Of a stretch of DNA of 64,000 nt, positions 15,335 through 29,919 are shown in pieces (position 1 is the stretch's first letter; each line of letters starts with the position of its first letter). Source of the stretch: Macrostomum lignano (taxonomy: Eukaryota); contig NIVC01001965.1 of assembly GCA_002269645.1 (NCBI GenBank), positions 156,254-220,253 of the forward strand, given 5' to 3'. The notes under the pieces are model-generated. The model worked only from the letters and a program-made list of their open reading frames with translations, was not told the origin of the DNA and did not search any database. Both the position numbers and the translations under genes were made by a program.

Positions 15335-15925
15335 CAAACCTACAACATCCTTGTAAACCTACCACATCCTTGTAAACCTACCACATCCTTGTAAACCTAC
15401 CACATCCTTGTAAACCTACCACATCCTTGTAAACCTACCACATCCTTGTAAACCTACCACATCCTTGTAAACCTACCACATCCTTGTAAACCTACCACAT
15501 CCTTGTAAACCTACCACATCCTTGTAAACCTACTACATCCTTGTAAACCTACCACATCCTTGTAAACCTACTACATCCTTACAAACCTACCACATCCTTT
15601 TAAACCTACCACATTCTTGCAAACCTTACCACATCCTTGTAAACCTACCACATCCTTACAAACCTACCACATCCTTTTAAACCTACCACATTCTTGCAAA
15701 CCTACCACATCCTTGTAAACCTACCACATTCTTGCAAACCTACCACATCCTACAAACCTATCACATCCTTGTAAACCTACCACATCCTTGTAAACCTACC
15801 ACATTCTTGCAAACCTACCACATCCTTACAAACCTATCACATCCTTGTAAACCTACCACATTCTTGCAAACCTACCACATCCTTGCAAATCTACCACATC
15901 CTTGCAAACCTACTACATCCTTGTA
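15335..15925. repeat. 19-bp minisatellite (CTTGTAAACCTACCACATC)n
   Basis: About 30 copies, degenerating toward the 3' end. Confidence 0.93.
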
Positions 15926-16488
15926 CTCCAGAACCGTGAGCAGCAACATCCCCTCGTACGCATGCGAAGCCAGACTCAAAACATGGCAGATTCGAATGCA
16001 GATGAGGATTTGTCCAACAAGCCCCTTCAACACACGCCCGGAGCCCTGTCAGATGCACGAATCCCAATTGCAAAGCTTCTCCGGCCGGAGCCCCAATGCT
16101 CATCGGGGAAGTCACACTAATCCCGCTGTTTGCAAATAATTAACAAAAAATCAGCTTGGCAAACATCCAGAGACCAATTTGGGCAGCCAGGCTAACTGCA
16201 TCATCTCCTTATCTAATCTACAAAGCCAGCAGGTGTTCCCCCCGACCGCTGGGATTACCTATCCGAGGGGAACAGGATGGGAAAATCGCCAAGTTGTTGA
16301 CTCAAATTGTAGCCGTCTTGACACGCCTTCATTATGGCCGCCCCAGTGAGGCATGAATAATGACTGGAAACCGTCTGGCCAGCTTTGCCTCAGCAATGCG
16401 TTAATAAATAACCCGTACTACTGATCTCGGCCAGCAAGAGTAATTGAACCAGTGGTAAATATTGACCGCTATTATATGCATGCCTTAC

Positions 16489-16601
16489 CTGTCAATGCTG
16501 ATGGCCACTAAGTTGAGAATTGAGGCCGTGCTGAATAATGCGTCACACATAATCCACAGGTCGCACAGGGTGTCGGAGAAATCCCAGTGGCCGTTGCGTA
16601 C
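16489..16601 (-). CDS. D2-like dopamine receptor, exon 2 of 4 (ECL1-TM3)
   Basis: Acceptor TGCCAG at 16602, phase 0. VRNGHWDFSDTLCDLWIMCDALFSTASILNLVAISID(R) with the conserved TM3 Asp. Donor AG|GTAAGG, phase 2. Confidence 0.92.
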
Positions 16602-16805
16602 CTGGCAATAAAATTGTGGGGTGGAGGGGGCGAGTTTCCATTCAAGCTCAGGGATTTTAGATGCCAATTTCCGCTGAATGAATGAGACTTCGGTAATGAG
16701 CTTAATAAGAGCTGCATATCTATGCGAAAGGTATCTAAGGAGTTGCTGTGAGGCAGAAGCCCTTAAAGCGGCATTGCACACTAAATACGGAGTCTTTCTA
16801 AAGCA

Positions 16806-17941
16806 GTGTGCACTATTGCTACAGAGCTTCTATGGTCCAGTGTACACCAATGCTACAGAGCTTCTATGGTCCACTGTGCTCCAATGCTACACAGATTCTA
16901 TGGTCCAGTGTGCACCAATGCTACAGAGCTTCTATGGTCCACTGTGCTCCAATGCTACAGAGCTTCTATGGTCAAGTGTACACCAATGCTACAGAGCTTC
17001 TATGGTCCACTGTGCTCCAATGCTACAGAGCTTCTATGGTCAAGTGTACACCAATGCTACAGAGCTTCTAAGGTCCAGTGTGCACCAATGCTACAGAGCT
17101 TCTATGGTCAAGTGTACACCAATGCTACAGAGCTTCTATGGTCCAGTGTACACCAATGCTACAGAGCTTCTAAGGTCCAGTGTGCACCAATGCTACACAG
17201 ATTCTATGGTCCAGTGTACACCAATGCTACACAGATTCTATGGTCCAGTGTGCACCAATGCTACACAGATTCTATGGTCCAGTGTACACCAATGCTACAC
17301 AGATTCTATGGTCCAGTGTACACCAATGCTACACAGATTCTATGGTCCAGTGTGCACCAATGCTACATAGATTCTATGGTCCAGTGTGCACTAATGCTAC
17401 ACAGATTCTATGGTCCAGTGTGCACTAATGCTACATAGATTCTATGGTCCAGTGTGCACTAATGCTACATAGATTCTATGGTCCAGTGTGCACTAATGCT
17501 ACACAGATTCTATGGTCCAGTGTGCATCAATGCTACATAGATTCTATGGTCCAGTGTGCACCAATGCTACACAGATTCTATGGTCCAGTGTGCACCAATG
17601 CTACACAGATTCTATGGTCCAGTGTGCACCAATGCTACACAGATTCTATGGTCCAGTGTGCACCAATGCTACACAGATTCTATGGTCCAGTGTGCACCAA
17701 TGCTACACAGATTCTATGGTCCAGTGTGCACCAATGCTACACAGATTCTATGGTCCAGTGTGCACCAATGCTACACAGATTCTATGGTCCAGTGTACACC
17801 AATGCTACATAGATTCTATGGTCCAGTGTACACCAATGCTACATAGATTCTATTATCCAGTGTGCACTAATGCTACATAGATTCTATGGTCCAGTGTGCA
17901 CTAATGCTACATAGATTCTATGGTCCAGTGTGCACCAATGC
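16806..17941. repeat. 34-bp minisatellite (GGTCCAGTGTGCACCAATGCTACACAGATTCTAT)n, about 33 copies
   Basis: Direct periodicity with a polarised variant gradient. In D2R intron 1. Confidence 0.95.
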
Positions 17942-18743
17942 GGCATTTGCTAAGAAAGTCATCTAGTTGCCACCCACGCAGGTTAATTAAATGCACAACC
18001 AGCCGATCAGATTGTCGTCATTTCATCCCGCTGGCGCCATAAATCATTGTGCCAGCCCTTCCCCCATAACCGAATTGACAGGTGAAGCTCTGGCACTCCC
18101 AGACTGAGTGTCGGTGAATTTCTGTCAAGGTATACGTTTTGTGAGCGCATGAGAGACAGAGATGGACGTTGAGCTCCGTTTGGGAGCAACAGACAGTCTT
18201 GCGTGGGCTTTAGAGACGTCAGTTTCCGGGGGTTGGGGTGTAGCGGGACCAGCTCACAGGAGAACAACCGATAGGCAATCAAGATTAAGTGGGAGCGGAG
18301 CAGGGCCACACTGCGGTGGCGCCACAGCGTCCTTACAATTCTTTTCTCCCTCGCACACCCCACCCACCGGGGCTGATTGCAGGCTCCGTGCAAACTTTTC
18401 CTTTGCTCAATTATTCATCCCCAAGCAAGCACGAACAAGCTTGGAGCAAAAAATTAATGGTGGGCACCGCCGCGGGTCGTGTGGAGGGTGGGGGGGGGCG
18501 GCGACAGACGGAGGTGAATTTTTTTTGACAAGGAGGCTGCGACTCCGAGGGCTGCAGGAATGCATTTACCGAACAAGGGGCTACTATTGTTGACTTAACA
18601 AGACAGATGTATCATGCAGCTGAAATACAGTAGTTGTGAGGCTGAGCAATACTGCATTGTTACAGCAATTCAGTGTGCGCCTTTCAGACTTTGGGACTGG
18701 GTAAAGTCTTGCGGACTTATGCATGGCTCCATGCACTCTTAGT

Positions 18744-20005
18744 CATAGATTAGCAATCCATTCTAATCCTAATATTTCAATGACTATAAGTTAGCAATTT
18801 ATTCTAATCCTCATATTTATAGACTATAGATTAGCAATCCATCTTAATCCTCATATTTATAGACTATAGATTAGCAATCCATTTTAATCCTCATATTCAT
18901 AGACTATAGATTAGCAATCCATTCTAATCCTTATCTATAGACTATAGATTAGCAATCCATTTTAATCCTCATATTCATAGACTATAGATTAGCAATCCAT
19001 TTTAATCCTCATATTCATAGACTATAGATTAGCAATCCATTTTAATCCTCATATTCATAGACTATAGATTAGCAGTCCATTCTAATCCTTATATTCACAG
19101 ACTATAGATTAGCAATCCATTCTAATCCTCATATTCACAGACTATAGATTAGCAGTCCATTCTAATCCTTATATTCATAGACTATAGATTAGCAATCCAT
19201 TTTAATCCTCATATTCATAGACTATACATTAGCAATCCATTCTAATCCTTATATTCACAGACTATAGATTAGCAATCCATTCTAATCCTCATATTCACAG
19301 ACTATAGATTAGCAATCCATTCTAATCCTTATATTCATAGACTATAGATTAGCAGTCCATTCTAATCCTTATATTCATAGACTATAGATTAGCAGTCCAT
19401 TCTAATCCTTATATTCATAGACTATAGATTAGCAGTCCATTGTAATCCTTATATTCATAGACTATAGATTAGCAATTCATTCTAATCCTTATATTCATAG
19501 ACTATAGATTAGCAGTCCATTCTAATCCTTATATTCATAGACTATAGATTAGCAGTCCATTCTAATCCTTATATTCATAGACTATAGATTAGCAGTCCAT
19601 TCTAATCCTTATATTCATAGACTATAGATTAGCAGTCCATTCTAATCCTTATATTCATAGACTATAGATTAGCAATCCATTCTAATCCTTATATTCACAG
19701 ACTATAGATTAGCAGTCCATTCTAATCCTTATATTCATAGACTATAGATTAGCTATCCATTTTAATCCTCATATTCATAGACTATACATTAGCAATCCAT
19801 TCTAATCCTTATATTCACAGACTATAGATTAGCAATCCATTCTAATCCTCATATTCACAGACTATAGATTAGCAATCCATTCTAATCCTTATATTCATAG
19901 ACTATAGATTAGCAGTCCATTCTAATCCTTATATTCATAGACTATAGATTAGCAGTCCATTCTAATCCTTATATTCATAGACTATAGATTAGCAGTCCAT
20001 TCTAT
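18744..20005. repeat. 40-bp minisatellite (ATAGATTAGCAATCCATTCTAATCCTYATATTCATAGACT)n, about 31 copies
   Basis: Direct periodicity. In D2R intron 1. Confidence 0.95.
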
Positions 20006-20777
20006 AGGTAATTAATTTGCACCGGAGATGGCATGCAATCTATCAGTACTGTGAAATATTCAACTCCCTTTCAAGCGAGAGCACCAGTAATTTAGAAAGC
20101 GGTCATTGGCGTATAGTGACAGAACACGAGCTAGCACCAGAGATTGTGTTACAGAAGGCTGCCCTTGAGCTGCTGCCCCAACTCTAAAGAAAGATTTCTT
20201 TACTACTAACTTTTTTTGAGCAATCAGAATCGCCGACATCTGCGCAGCGGTAGTGGCAAAAGTGGCAGGCGCCCGGCAACCCTTTGATTTCGTAGAATGC
20301 AGTGACAACACACTGCGGCTATGCGGACAACTCCATAGAAGTTTTGGTTGCGTGGTTCTCGCCAAAGTTCTTTTAATACGTCTCTCTCTCCCTCTCTCTC
20401 TCTTTCTCTCCCTCCAGTCCAGGTTTGCTGCGGTGTGGACTGCTGACCCCGCACCCGGTCCCTAGGCGGAAGCTGGCGTCAAAGAACCGGCAGGAGTGGC
20501 GGGGAGTCCAGCAGCAGACCCGGCGTTCAAAAAGAAGAAACTCCCTTTTCAGAAAGCGGGGAAGCAGGCATCTCGATCTGCCCCCGCTGCTGTATCCATC
20601 TTGGCCTCTCTTTCTCTTGTGTATCAGCAAACTCGTTCAGGGCTCTCCCTTCTCTTTATACGTCTGGCGCCAGGGGCACAGCGGGGAACCTCGGCCGCCT
20701 TATTGCTTGAGCACCCCCGACCAGCGCTTTCTATCCTTCTCAGCCGCTGATTTCTTATTTTCCAATATCTGCCAACC

Positions 20778-20779
<2 letters not shown>

Positions 20780-20825
<46 letters not shown>
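20780..20825. repeat. (CT)n microsatellite
   Basis: Direct. Confidence 0.95.
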
Positions 20826-20830
<5 letters not shown>

Positions 20831-21302
20831 ACCGTCTGCACCTGAGTAAAAATTTAATTTCTCTCTGACTGAAGTCTTCTTACTCCTCTTAGAGAATGTG
20901 ACGACGCGCCAAGTAAAAAAGGCTGAACTATATAACTGCAATAGTACGAGTGGTTTGCTTGCACAAAGTCCAATACGGAGGGAGACTGATAGTGTACCCA
21001 ATAATAGGACTCTCTCAGCTAAGACCTCGGACTTCTCAGGCTAGAAAAAGTCCTCAATCTACATGACAGCCCTAAAAACATTGATTTCGAGGCCGAGGCA
21101 AACTAACAAATTGAATTCTGCTATTCGATACAGAAAACTCGATTGTGTCTCGGACTTTTCGAATTTATAATTACTCGTAACTGGACTAGCGCCAACTCAG
21201 CTTTCGGATTTTGTTTTGCAAAACTTTCCGAACTGCTCGATTCCCACTGACAGATGATCTCTCCCATCTCCTAAACTATTTGACAGTTTCTGTCCTATTG
21301 AA

Positions 21303-21964
21303 ATAGATTAGCAATCCATTCTATTCCTAACCCACACACCATAGATTAGCAATCCATTCTATTCCTAACCCACACGCCATAGATTAGCAATCCATTCTAT
21401 TCCTAACCCACACACCATAGATTAGCAATCCATTCTATTCCTAACCCACACGCCATAGATTAGCAATCCATTCTATTCCTAACCCACACGCCATAGATTA
21501 GCAATCCATTCTATTCCTAACCCACACGCCATAGATTAGCAATCCATTCTATTCCTAACCCACACGCCATAGATTAGCAATCCATTCTATTCCTAACCCA
21601 CACACCATAGATTAGCAATCCATTCTATTCCTAACCCACATGCCATAGATTAGCAATCCATTCTATTCCTAACCCACACGCCATAGATTAGCAATCCATT
21701 CTATTCCTAACCCACACGCCATAGATTAGCAATCCATTCTATTCCTAACCCACACACCATAGATTAGCAATCCATTCTATTCCTAACCCACATGCCATAG
21801 ATTAGCAATCCATTCTATTCCTAACCCACACGCCATAGATTAGCAATCCATTCTATTCCTAACCCACACGCCATAGATTAGCAATCCATTCTATTCCTAA
21901 CCCAAACACCATAGATTAGCAATCCATTCTATTCCTAACCCACACACCATAGATTAGCAATCCA
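21303..21964. repeat. 38-bp minisatellite (ATAGATTAGCAATCCATTCTATTCCTAACCCACACGCC)n, about 17 copies
   Basis: Direct periodicity. Shares a core with the 40-mer. Confidence 0.95.
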
Positions 21965-22516
21965 TCTTTCTCAGTCAGCTGACTATCTGGTGCTAGAGAC
22001 TCTCAGAATTTATAAGACTGCTGAGCCAAATAAAGCATTAAGTAGCCAGACAGACTCACCCAGCTAACTGTGGTCCGCTGTCTGCCATTCAGTTCGGAAG
22101 CAATAATTTACTGAGAATTGGGGAGCCAGCGAATTCCTCAGCATCTCAATTCTCGCCCCGTGACGTCTCGCTTACCCTCAGAAACTTCTCCTTAGGAGCT
22201 AAAACTAGTTGATAGCTCCAAGCCTTCCTCTTCTATTCCTCTTTCCCCAAACCTCCCCTCTCCTGTGCCGTTTGTGTTTTCAACCTTCGTTGTTGCCAAA
22301 GGATTCCACGATCAGAAATGTCCACGCTTGGATAATCGGCTTAGCCAAAAGAAACTCGGAGACGTGTCTGGCAACTCACCCCTAGGCCTCATCGCTTGTT
22401 GTGACTCGATTCGAGTGAATCCTGCCCTGCCCAACCGCTCCCATACCGGGGCTTGCAAAACGCACTTGAAAGATTCGCGTGGATAATGATAATTTGCTTA
22501 CCGAGTGGGCACTGGC

Positions 22517-23141
<625 letters not shown>

Positions 23142-23405
23142 TGCCAGGAGCTGCACCGGAGCGGTTACGAAAATTAGATTTCTCGGTAGTTGCTCGCACT
23201 CTTTTGCACTACTTGAGTAGTCTGATTTTCGAACGGCAGGCTGGTTCCAGCAGGTAGTTCCTCTGGATAAAAGCGCTTACCGCGCCCATTGGCTTTCCAG
23301 CTGCCTTAATCGTTTCCGGTGATCTTGTGTGCGTGCATTCAGCTTGATTGGCTGCGGCAAGCAAGCTCAAAAGAGCTCGCTTCGCTCGCTCTTTCTCGCT
23401 ATCTA

Positions 23406-23445
<40 letters not shown>

Positions 23446-23521
23446 ATATCTATCCATCTATCTATCTATGGACATAAAATAGAATATCATAATGTAGAGA
23501 ACGGGACTTCATCGGCCTCAC

Positions 23522-23980
23522 CTCTACATAAACAGACACTGGCATGACGATCGCAGCCACCAGGATGTCGGCAAACGCCAGCGACACAATGAAATAATTG
23601 GTGACGCTCTGCAGTCCTCGCTCTCTGTACACAGCCAGCACCACCAGGATGTTGCCAAAGATGGTGAACACCGGCACCAGGAACATGATCAGCACCCAGT
23701 ACCGATTCTCCATCGCAGTTTTTTCATCGAACTCGTCGGTGCCGTTGCCATGGTGACTAGAATTGCCGACTGACGACGACGACGATGTGCCGTTGAGAAG
23801 CCAGTCGGCAGCAACGGCGGCTGCGGCGGCTGCGGCCCCGGTTGGACTGGCGGAGCCGCCGGCACTCGAAGCTGCGGCGCCAGCAGCCGCAGCACCGGCG
23901 GCGGCCCTGGAAGCGTTCTGGGCGCCATTGCGAAGATCCCGCAGAGCCCGCAGCAGCACAGTTCGATCTGCCTCTGTCAT
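23522..23980 (-). CDS. D2-like dopamine receptor, exon 1 of 4 (N-terminus, TM1-TM2)
   Basis: ATG at 23980. Ala-rich N-terminus with NxS/T sequons, then [24 protein letters not shown]...[22 protein letters not shown] (GN, LAxAD). Donor GAG|GTGAGG, phase 0. Family assignment from SSxxS in TM5 and the REKKATKTLAIVLG/CWLPFF TM6 sequence. Confidence 0.9.
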
Positions 23981-24174
23981 TCAGGCAGGCGAGCCGGAGA
24001 CAAGCAGCTTAGATTGGTTTGATTTACTCGCTTCGGCTCGTAGGGGACGGCTGGTATCCACTGCAGGCTCACCTTGAAATGTTCGGGGACGATCTACTAC
24101 TTTAAAGAAGAAATTGATCTGATTGTCCGTGCGCTGAAGATTAGTTTAGTTGCGAGTGTTTTCTCGCGATAGCG

Positions 24175-24686
24175 CTTTAGCACCAGGGGCTTTAGCACCA
24201 GGGGCTTTAGCACCAGGGGCTTTAGCACCAGGGGCTTTTGCACCAGAGGCTTTAGCACCAGGGGCTTTAGCACCAGGGGCTTTAGCACCAGGGGCTTTAG
24301 CACCAGGGGCTTTAGCACCAGGGGCTTTAGCACCAGGGGCTTTAGCACCAGGGGCTTTAGCACCAGGGGCTTTAGCACCAGGGGCTTTAGCACCAGGGGC
24401 TTTAGCACCAGGGGCTTTAGCACCAGGGGCTTTAGCACCAGGGGCTTTAGCACCAGGGGCTTTAGCACCAGGGGCTTTAGGACCAGGGGCTTTAGGACCA
24501 GGGGCTTTAGCACCAGAGGCTTTAGCACCAGAGGCTTTAGCACCAGGGGCTTTAGCACCAGGGGCGTTAGGACCAGTGGCTTTAGGACCAGGGGCTTTAG
24601 CACCAGGGGCTTTAGCACCAGGGGCGTTAGGACCAGGGGCTTTAGCACCAAGGGCTTTATCACCAGAGGCTTCAGCACCAGGGGCG
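24175..24686. repeat. 15-bp minisatellite (TTAGCACCAGGGGCT)n
   Basis: About 34 copies, about 200 bp upstream of the D2R ATG. Confidence 0.95.
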
Positions 24687-25162
24687 TCAAAGCCGCTGCA
24701 GCGGGGCGCAATAAACTTATGGGGCCCACACCCATGACTACGCCCCTGAACTGTTTTAAACCTGATTTTATGACGCCATGCAACACGCAGGGCCCTGTAA
24801 TTTTTCCATCATAGTAGCAGCGGTTTTGATCAATCCTGCAGCTTCTGTATTGAAGCAGCGGCATTCCAGATTTAGCTGCAGATCTTACAAGATCCCAGGA
24901 GAGGTGGATGGGGGGGAGCTCAGAAAGATCAGCAGGAAATGTTCGAGTGCTGCACCCCTATATATAGAAGGTAACAGAAGGCAGAAGAAAGAAAAGAACG
25001 AAGATGAGAGAGAGCAAGAGAGGAGTGCAATCATTGCAATTGCCAAGCTTTAAGGCAGCCGTGAGGAGGTTGAAGAGGCCAAAATGCCTTGGAAAAATGC
25101 AAATTCATCTGTCATTGCGACCCGAGATGCGGAGCACCAAGGTCGCCTCCGTCTCTCTCCCC

Positions 25163-25209
<47 letters not shown>

Positions 25210-25787
25210 TCCTCTACGCCCGTATTGGTTTTCAGTCTGCGGCACCCCAGTGGATTCCCCAGCGATCATCAGGCCACTATCACTCCTCGTCCATGCAGTT
25301 TCAGCTCCCCTGATTGAGGGGAGGGCGATCCGCTCTCAAGAAATTCCTGAGCCGAACTCTCCGACGAGGGAAGGGGGGTCAAATTGACGGGTCCCCAGCT
25401 GCCTTCAAGTTTGTCTGGCGCGCAACTTTCCAAGCTGTTTATTTGTCCAGCTTTGATATTCAGCTGCGACTCCGCGGGACCCGAACTGGGTGTGGCCGAC
25501 GTAGACATCAATCTAGAACAACAGATTTTTTCCCTGTAGTTGATGTCGAGCAGCAAAATAGGGCATCGAATTTCAGATTCCTGATTCAGCAGCCGATAAG
25601 ATGCTTCAAAAATCAGAAATCAAGCAATGCTTTAAAGGGGAATCCTTCTCAAGGATGCAAGGAGAAATAAAGCTTTAAAAGCATCCCGACTGATTGAGTT
25701 CCAGATTCGGCGACTGACGAGATCTTGAGTTGACAAGGGCTTTTGCTCTTCGCTTCAATTCAGCCGAATGAAACACCGGTTTGCTCG

Positions 25788-26190
25788 CTCATAAACTCAC
25801 TCATGAACTCACTCATGAACTCACTCATGAACTCACTCATGAACTCACTCATGAACTCACTCATGAACTCACTCATGAACTCACTTATGAACTCACTCAT
25901 GAACTCACTCATGAACTCACTCATGAACTCACTCATGAACTCACTCATGAACTCACTCATGAACTCACTCATGAACTCACTCATGAACTCACTCATGAAC
26001 TCACTCATGAACTCACTCATGAACTCACTCATGAACTCATTCATGAACTCACTCATGAACTCACTCATAAAGTCACTCATTAACTCACTCATGAACTCAA
26101 ATAATTGACTCAAATCCTGAACTCCCTGATGAACTCACTGATGAACTCACTCATAAACTTAAATCATAAACTCATGAATTCACTCATGAA
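25788..26190. repeat. 12-bp minisatellite (ATGAACTCACTC)n with a degenerate tail
   Basis: Reverse complement of the 13968-14398 unit. Confidence 0.95.
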
Positions 26191-27429
26191 ATTGTGGACT
26201 CATAAACTTGAGCACTTTATCCTTCAGCGCACCACAGTCCTCAGTGATAATCAGTATTTGCACTGCGGAGCAAAGCTAAGGGAACTGCGACTCCTTCAAC
26301 TGTATTGCATTTTTTCTGCTACACTAAAAATATAAAAATCATATTGCTCTGGCTCACACGGCTGAGTACACACGGATGCATAGTTGCTGAACCCACAACC
26401 CCAGCCACAAAAATTCTCGGCATCTGATACGATTCAGCCGGGAAGAACTGAAAAGAGCTCAGCTCAAAGTTGAGCTGTTCTCTTCCCTCCCAATTCTTTA
26501 GCTTGCTAGTTTTTCCTGGCATTATCTTCGGTCTTAGGTCCCCAATATATTGGTATTGGGCCTTTTTTCTCCCAATTTGCATTTACTCAAATTCGCTTTG
26601 TGTGTGCCTGTGTCTCTGTGTGTGTTTTGCATTATTTCGGCACACAACAAACAGAGCGCCGGTGCCCTGAGCACACAGACAGATTTGTGAGCCGTGACAG
26701 ATGTCCTGCAGGAATCCATGCCGGATGCCACTGGTTGCAGGATGACACACGGATTAGCGGGGGAAAACACCTGCTCAATATTGGAAACTAATGTTCGGGC
26801 AGGCAGATGCTGTTGCTAGGAGAGACGTTTTTCAAGACAGTGACGGAAGCAGCTCACTAGTTGCACTATCATACAATCCGGAGTCAATCATAGCAACCAA
26901 TCATTGTACTTTTCGTCAATTTCGAGGTCAGCGGCGGTGCATTCCAACCTAAATTTGTTAAAGCTGATGCGCAGACACGCTTTCTTAGAAACTAGCTTAT
27001 TTAAATCGGTCACCTGATGCGTGTCTAGAGCGTGAGAATCGGCAAAATTGCATCTCAACTGAGCACAGGACACTAGTTGAGTAGCTGTACTGTACTATAG
27101 GCTACTAAGTCTATTAAGCTAGATTATTTGAAGGAGTGGGTTTCACAACCGCGGAATTTCACAACGGCGAAACTTCACAACCACTAAATCTACTTTCACA
27201 AACGCGAAACTTCACAACCACTGAAAATTTTGCACTCACTGTCATGAACGGCGTGTCTTTTTAGCGGTTGTGAAGTTTCTCTTTGGTGAAAGCAACCAGT
27301 CTACTTTAACCTTATATTTATAGGTCCATCGATATTGTTATTAATAATACTATTATTATTAGAAAATGCACACTCTGAGAGGGAGTTGATTTGTATATTT
27401 TATAATATCATTTGAGGCGAATTAATTTA

Positions 27430-27800
27430 TATACCAAAAGAAGAAAGAGAAAATTTAATGAATAAAAAACATATGAAGACTCAGGGGTTGAATTGTATCA
27501 TCTCTTTGATAAATTTTGCTAGAGTTCCCATTATGTTCTCTAATCTTCTTGAATGATTAGGTAAAATACTTTATCCACTGTAGACAGCATTTTTTATTCT
27601 CAATCAATCCGAGATTTCCTGGTTAAATTTAGCACACAGAGCACTCTAAAAGTTCCAGCTGCACTTGAACAGGAATTGAACTTCACTTTCTACCCCAACA
27701 TGGCACTTTGGACAGGTCCCATCAGTCTCGCAGTCCTCATCGTTTAGCAGGCTTTGATAATCTAAGCTGTGATGGGGTGCGCTTTAATTCTGTATTGGAG
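27430..27800 (-). mobile_element. Degraded non-LTR retrotransposon 3' fragment
   Basis: The minus strand reads CPKCHVGVESEVQFLFKC, resembling the C-terminal CCHC-type motif of CR1/L2-like LINEs. Stops and frameshifts surround it. Confidence 0.45.
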
Positions 27801-27968
27801 ATTTCTGGGTAATGGTGATTAGATATAATATAACTTTCTAATAAATTTACAAACTTGGAATTTTTTAACTAGAATAATGAAGCTTGATGAAGTTTGACTT
27901 GTCTATACTTTTGCTGAAATCATGTACAAAATGAGCAGAATGTCGACACCGTCGGCAGGAGGCTGCCG

Positions 27969-28365
27969 GTTTTCAGTATTTTCAGCACAGAATTTCCAAT
28001 AAGTCACTGTCCGAACTGTCCGAAAGTCAGTGTTTTGTCCGAGCTGCGCTCACAAGTTGGTCAAGAAAACTTTAAAATGCATTTTTGCTGTGTTTCTAAA
28101 ATGATTCCGCAAAGATTTGCAGTTCTGCTTTGAGTGGGGTTTGGCCATAGACAAATCCGTCCAGACAAAACACTGCAGAGACAGGAGCGGCTGCAATTTC
28201 GCCGCAACTTTGCTTGCTTGCCGGTCTCCGGCAGCAGTTCATGAAAAAGCAGCTTAATAAACTTGTGAGCGCAGCTCGGACAAAACACCTGCTGGCTGCA
28301 TTTGCAATTTGGGAGTCCAGCAGGTGAGAAATTGGGGATTCAGTGCTGAATAACTGGAAACTTCC
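27969..28365. mobile_element. About 400-bp MITE, family B
   Basis: Imperfect TIR gttttcagtattttcagcacagaatttccaat / attggggattcagtgctgaataactggaaac. The right part is homologous to 2115-2215. Confidence 0.6.
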
Positions 28366-29653
28366 CCTCTCGCCAGTGCAGTTCGCAGCGAAATCTGCAC
28401 GGTTTCGAGTGCAGCGGCCCTCTGCTTCAGCTGTAAACTTGAATTGCCCAGTCGAAGGCAATAAAACTTATTGGCAATATATACAATAACTTTTCACAGT
28501 AGATGAGCAGTGCTGGCTGAGTAGACAAAAATAATAAAATTGACGGAAACTGGGATGGGAGGATGAAGAAAGAATTTAGCTACTCCCTAGAGCAGAGTAG
28601 TAAGCGCTCCTCATCTAATAAGCATAACTCCCGCGCTCTCAGTGACAACATTCATTCGCGCAGTCATTTTCCAATACCCGGCTATCTGTGTCTCCATGGT
28701 TTGCGCGCGATAATATAACAACGGGCCTTCTCATCAACTGGATTGGCATCTCGCGTCAGATATAGCTAGGGTTCACCGCAGTCTGCGAGTACACTTCTCC
28801 ATGCTCCCGCCAACCCTGTCGGCTGCACATGGCAACTACTGGGGGATGGAGACTACAAAATAGCATCGATTACTTGCAAAGAGCTGCACTATTGGGTGCA
28901 GCCATGCGGTAAACAGCAGTCAGGCTATGGGTGGATATGAAAGCCATTTTAATCGACAAAATTTTCTGCTAATTTGAGAACACTGGTTTGAAATGCAGGC
29001 GGATATCAGCAAGCTTTCATCGCTAGAAGATTGTCTATATTCGAGACCACCCAAACGGACAGCAAAGCTTATTTAATTAAAATTTATTAAATGCAAACAG
29101 TGACTCTGTGTGGCTCACCTCTAGACAGATCGCACCGGCGGTAGCGCAAATCTCGCGGAGTCAGCACAGTAACTTGGTGGTGAGAGCGGCTTCTGAAAGC
29201 AATTGCGACTCTCTCTCAAGGCTTTTGTCTCCGAAGAGCCAGCTGGGAAGAGAAGCGCGGAAAGGAACTGGTGGGATGAGAAGAAGGCGAGCGGCCGGCC
29301 CGACGGGAGTGGAGGCAGGCGCGGATAGGCCGAAGGTGTCGCGTGGAACAGCCAATTGCAAAGCTGAATACTTCAATGCTCAGAGGACAGTGTGAGAACG
29401 AAGGGAGTGGTTGGGATGAAGCACAAACGGCTGGGGTCGCGTATAGCAACTCAGAGAACTCGCGTCTTCTTTAGGGGGGGGGGGTGAATAACGCATGGCA
29501 AGGATCAAGGATCTTCAAAAAACCAACACCCGGACTGAAACCTAATCTAGCAGTTTCACGCAACCATATTGAAAATTGCAGATAAAGCACGTAAAGCTAT
29601 ATATGACTAAAATGAGCTGGAGCTGGAGACCGTTGACTGCTCAGTCTTGAGCA

Positions 29654-29919
29654 CAGTACGCAGGCACGAACTCATACGCAAGCTCACAGGGTTGTACATA
29701 TGGATAGCTATTAAAGTAGAAGGACGCTGCGCTCGGCTTTCTTCGAAATCGAGCTGGAGACCAAATGGGATTTTCTCGACCGGATTTGTTGATGGTGAAA
29801 CCACATCCAGAGCTTGTGTGTCACCACAGCATACGCGACAGCGCCCTTCAGTTTGTTGTCCATGTTCCATATGTACACCCTGTGAGCTTGCGTGCGAGTT
29901 CGTGCCTGCATGCGTACTG
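29654..29919. mobile_element. Tc1/mariner-like MITE (CAGT...ACTG, about 50-bp TIRs)
   Basis: cagtacg-caggcacgaactcatacgcaagctcacagggttgtacatatgga versus tccatatgtacaccctgtgagcttgcgtgcgagttcgtgcctgcatgcgtactg. The right flank is TA and the left flank is CA. Confidence 0.65.

Noticed and set aside
16678-17880. Cys/His-rich repetitive ORFs
   Set aside because: Translations of the 34-bp satellite in D2R intron 1, on the antisense strand.
24097-24864. Elastin/collagen-like (GALAP)n and (LVLKP)n ORFs
   Set aside because: A 15-bp satellite, open in several frames, with no signal peptide or splice support.
27880-27925. Penelope-type hammerhead ribozyme remnants (also 31745-31790)
   Set aside because: The catalytic core CUGANGA...GAAA is incomplete and the stems cannot be formed convincingly.
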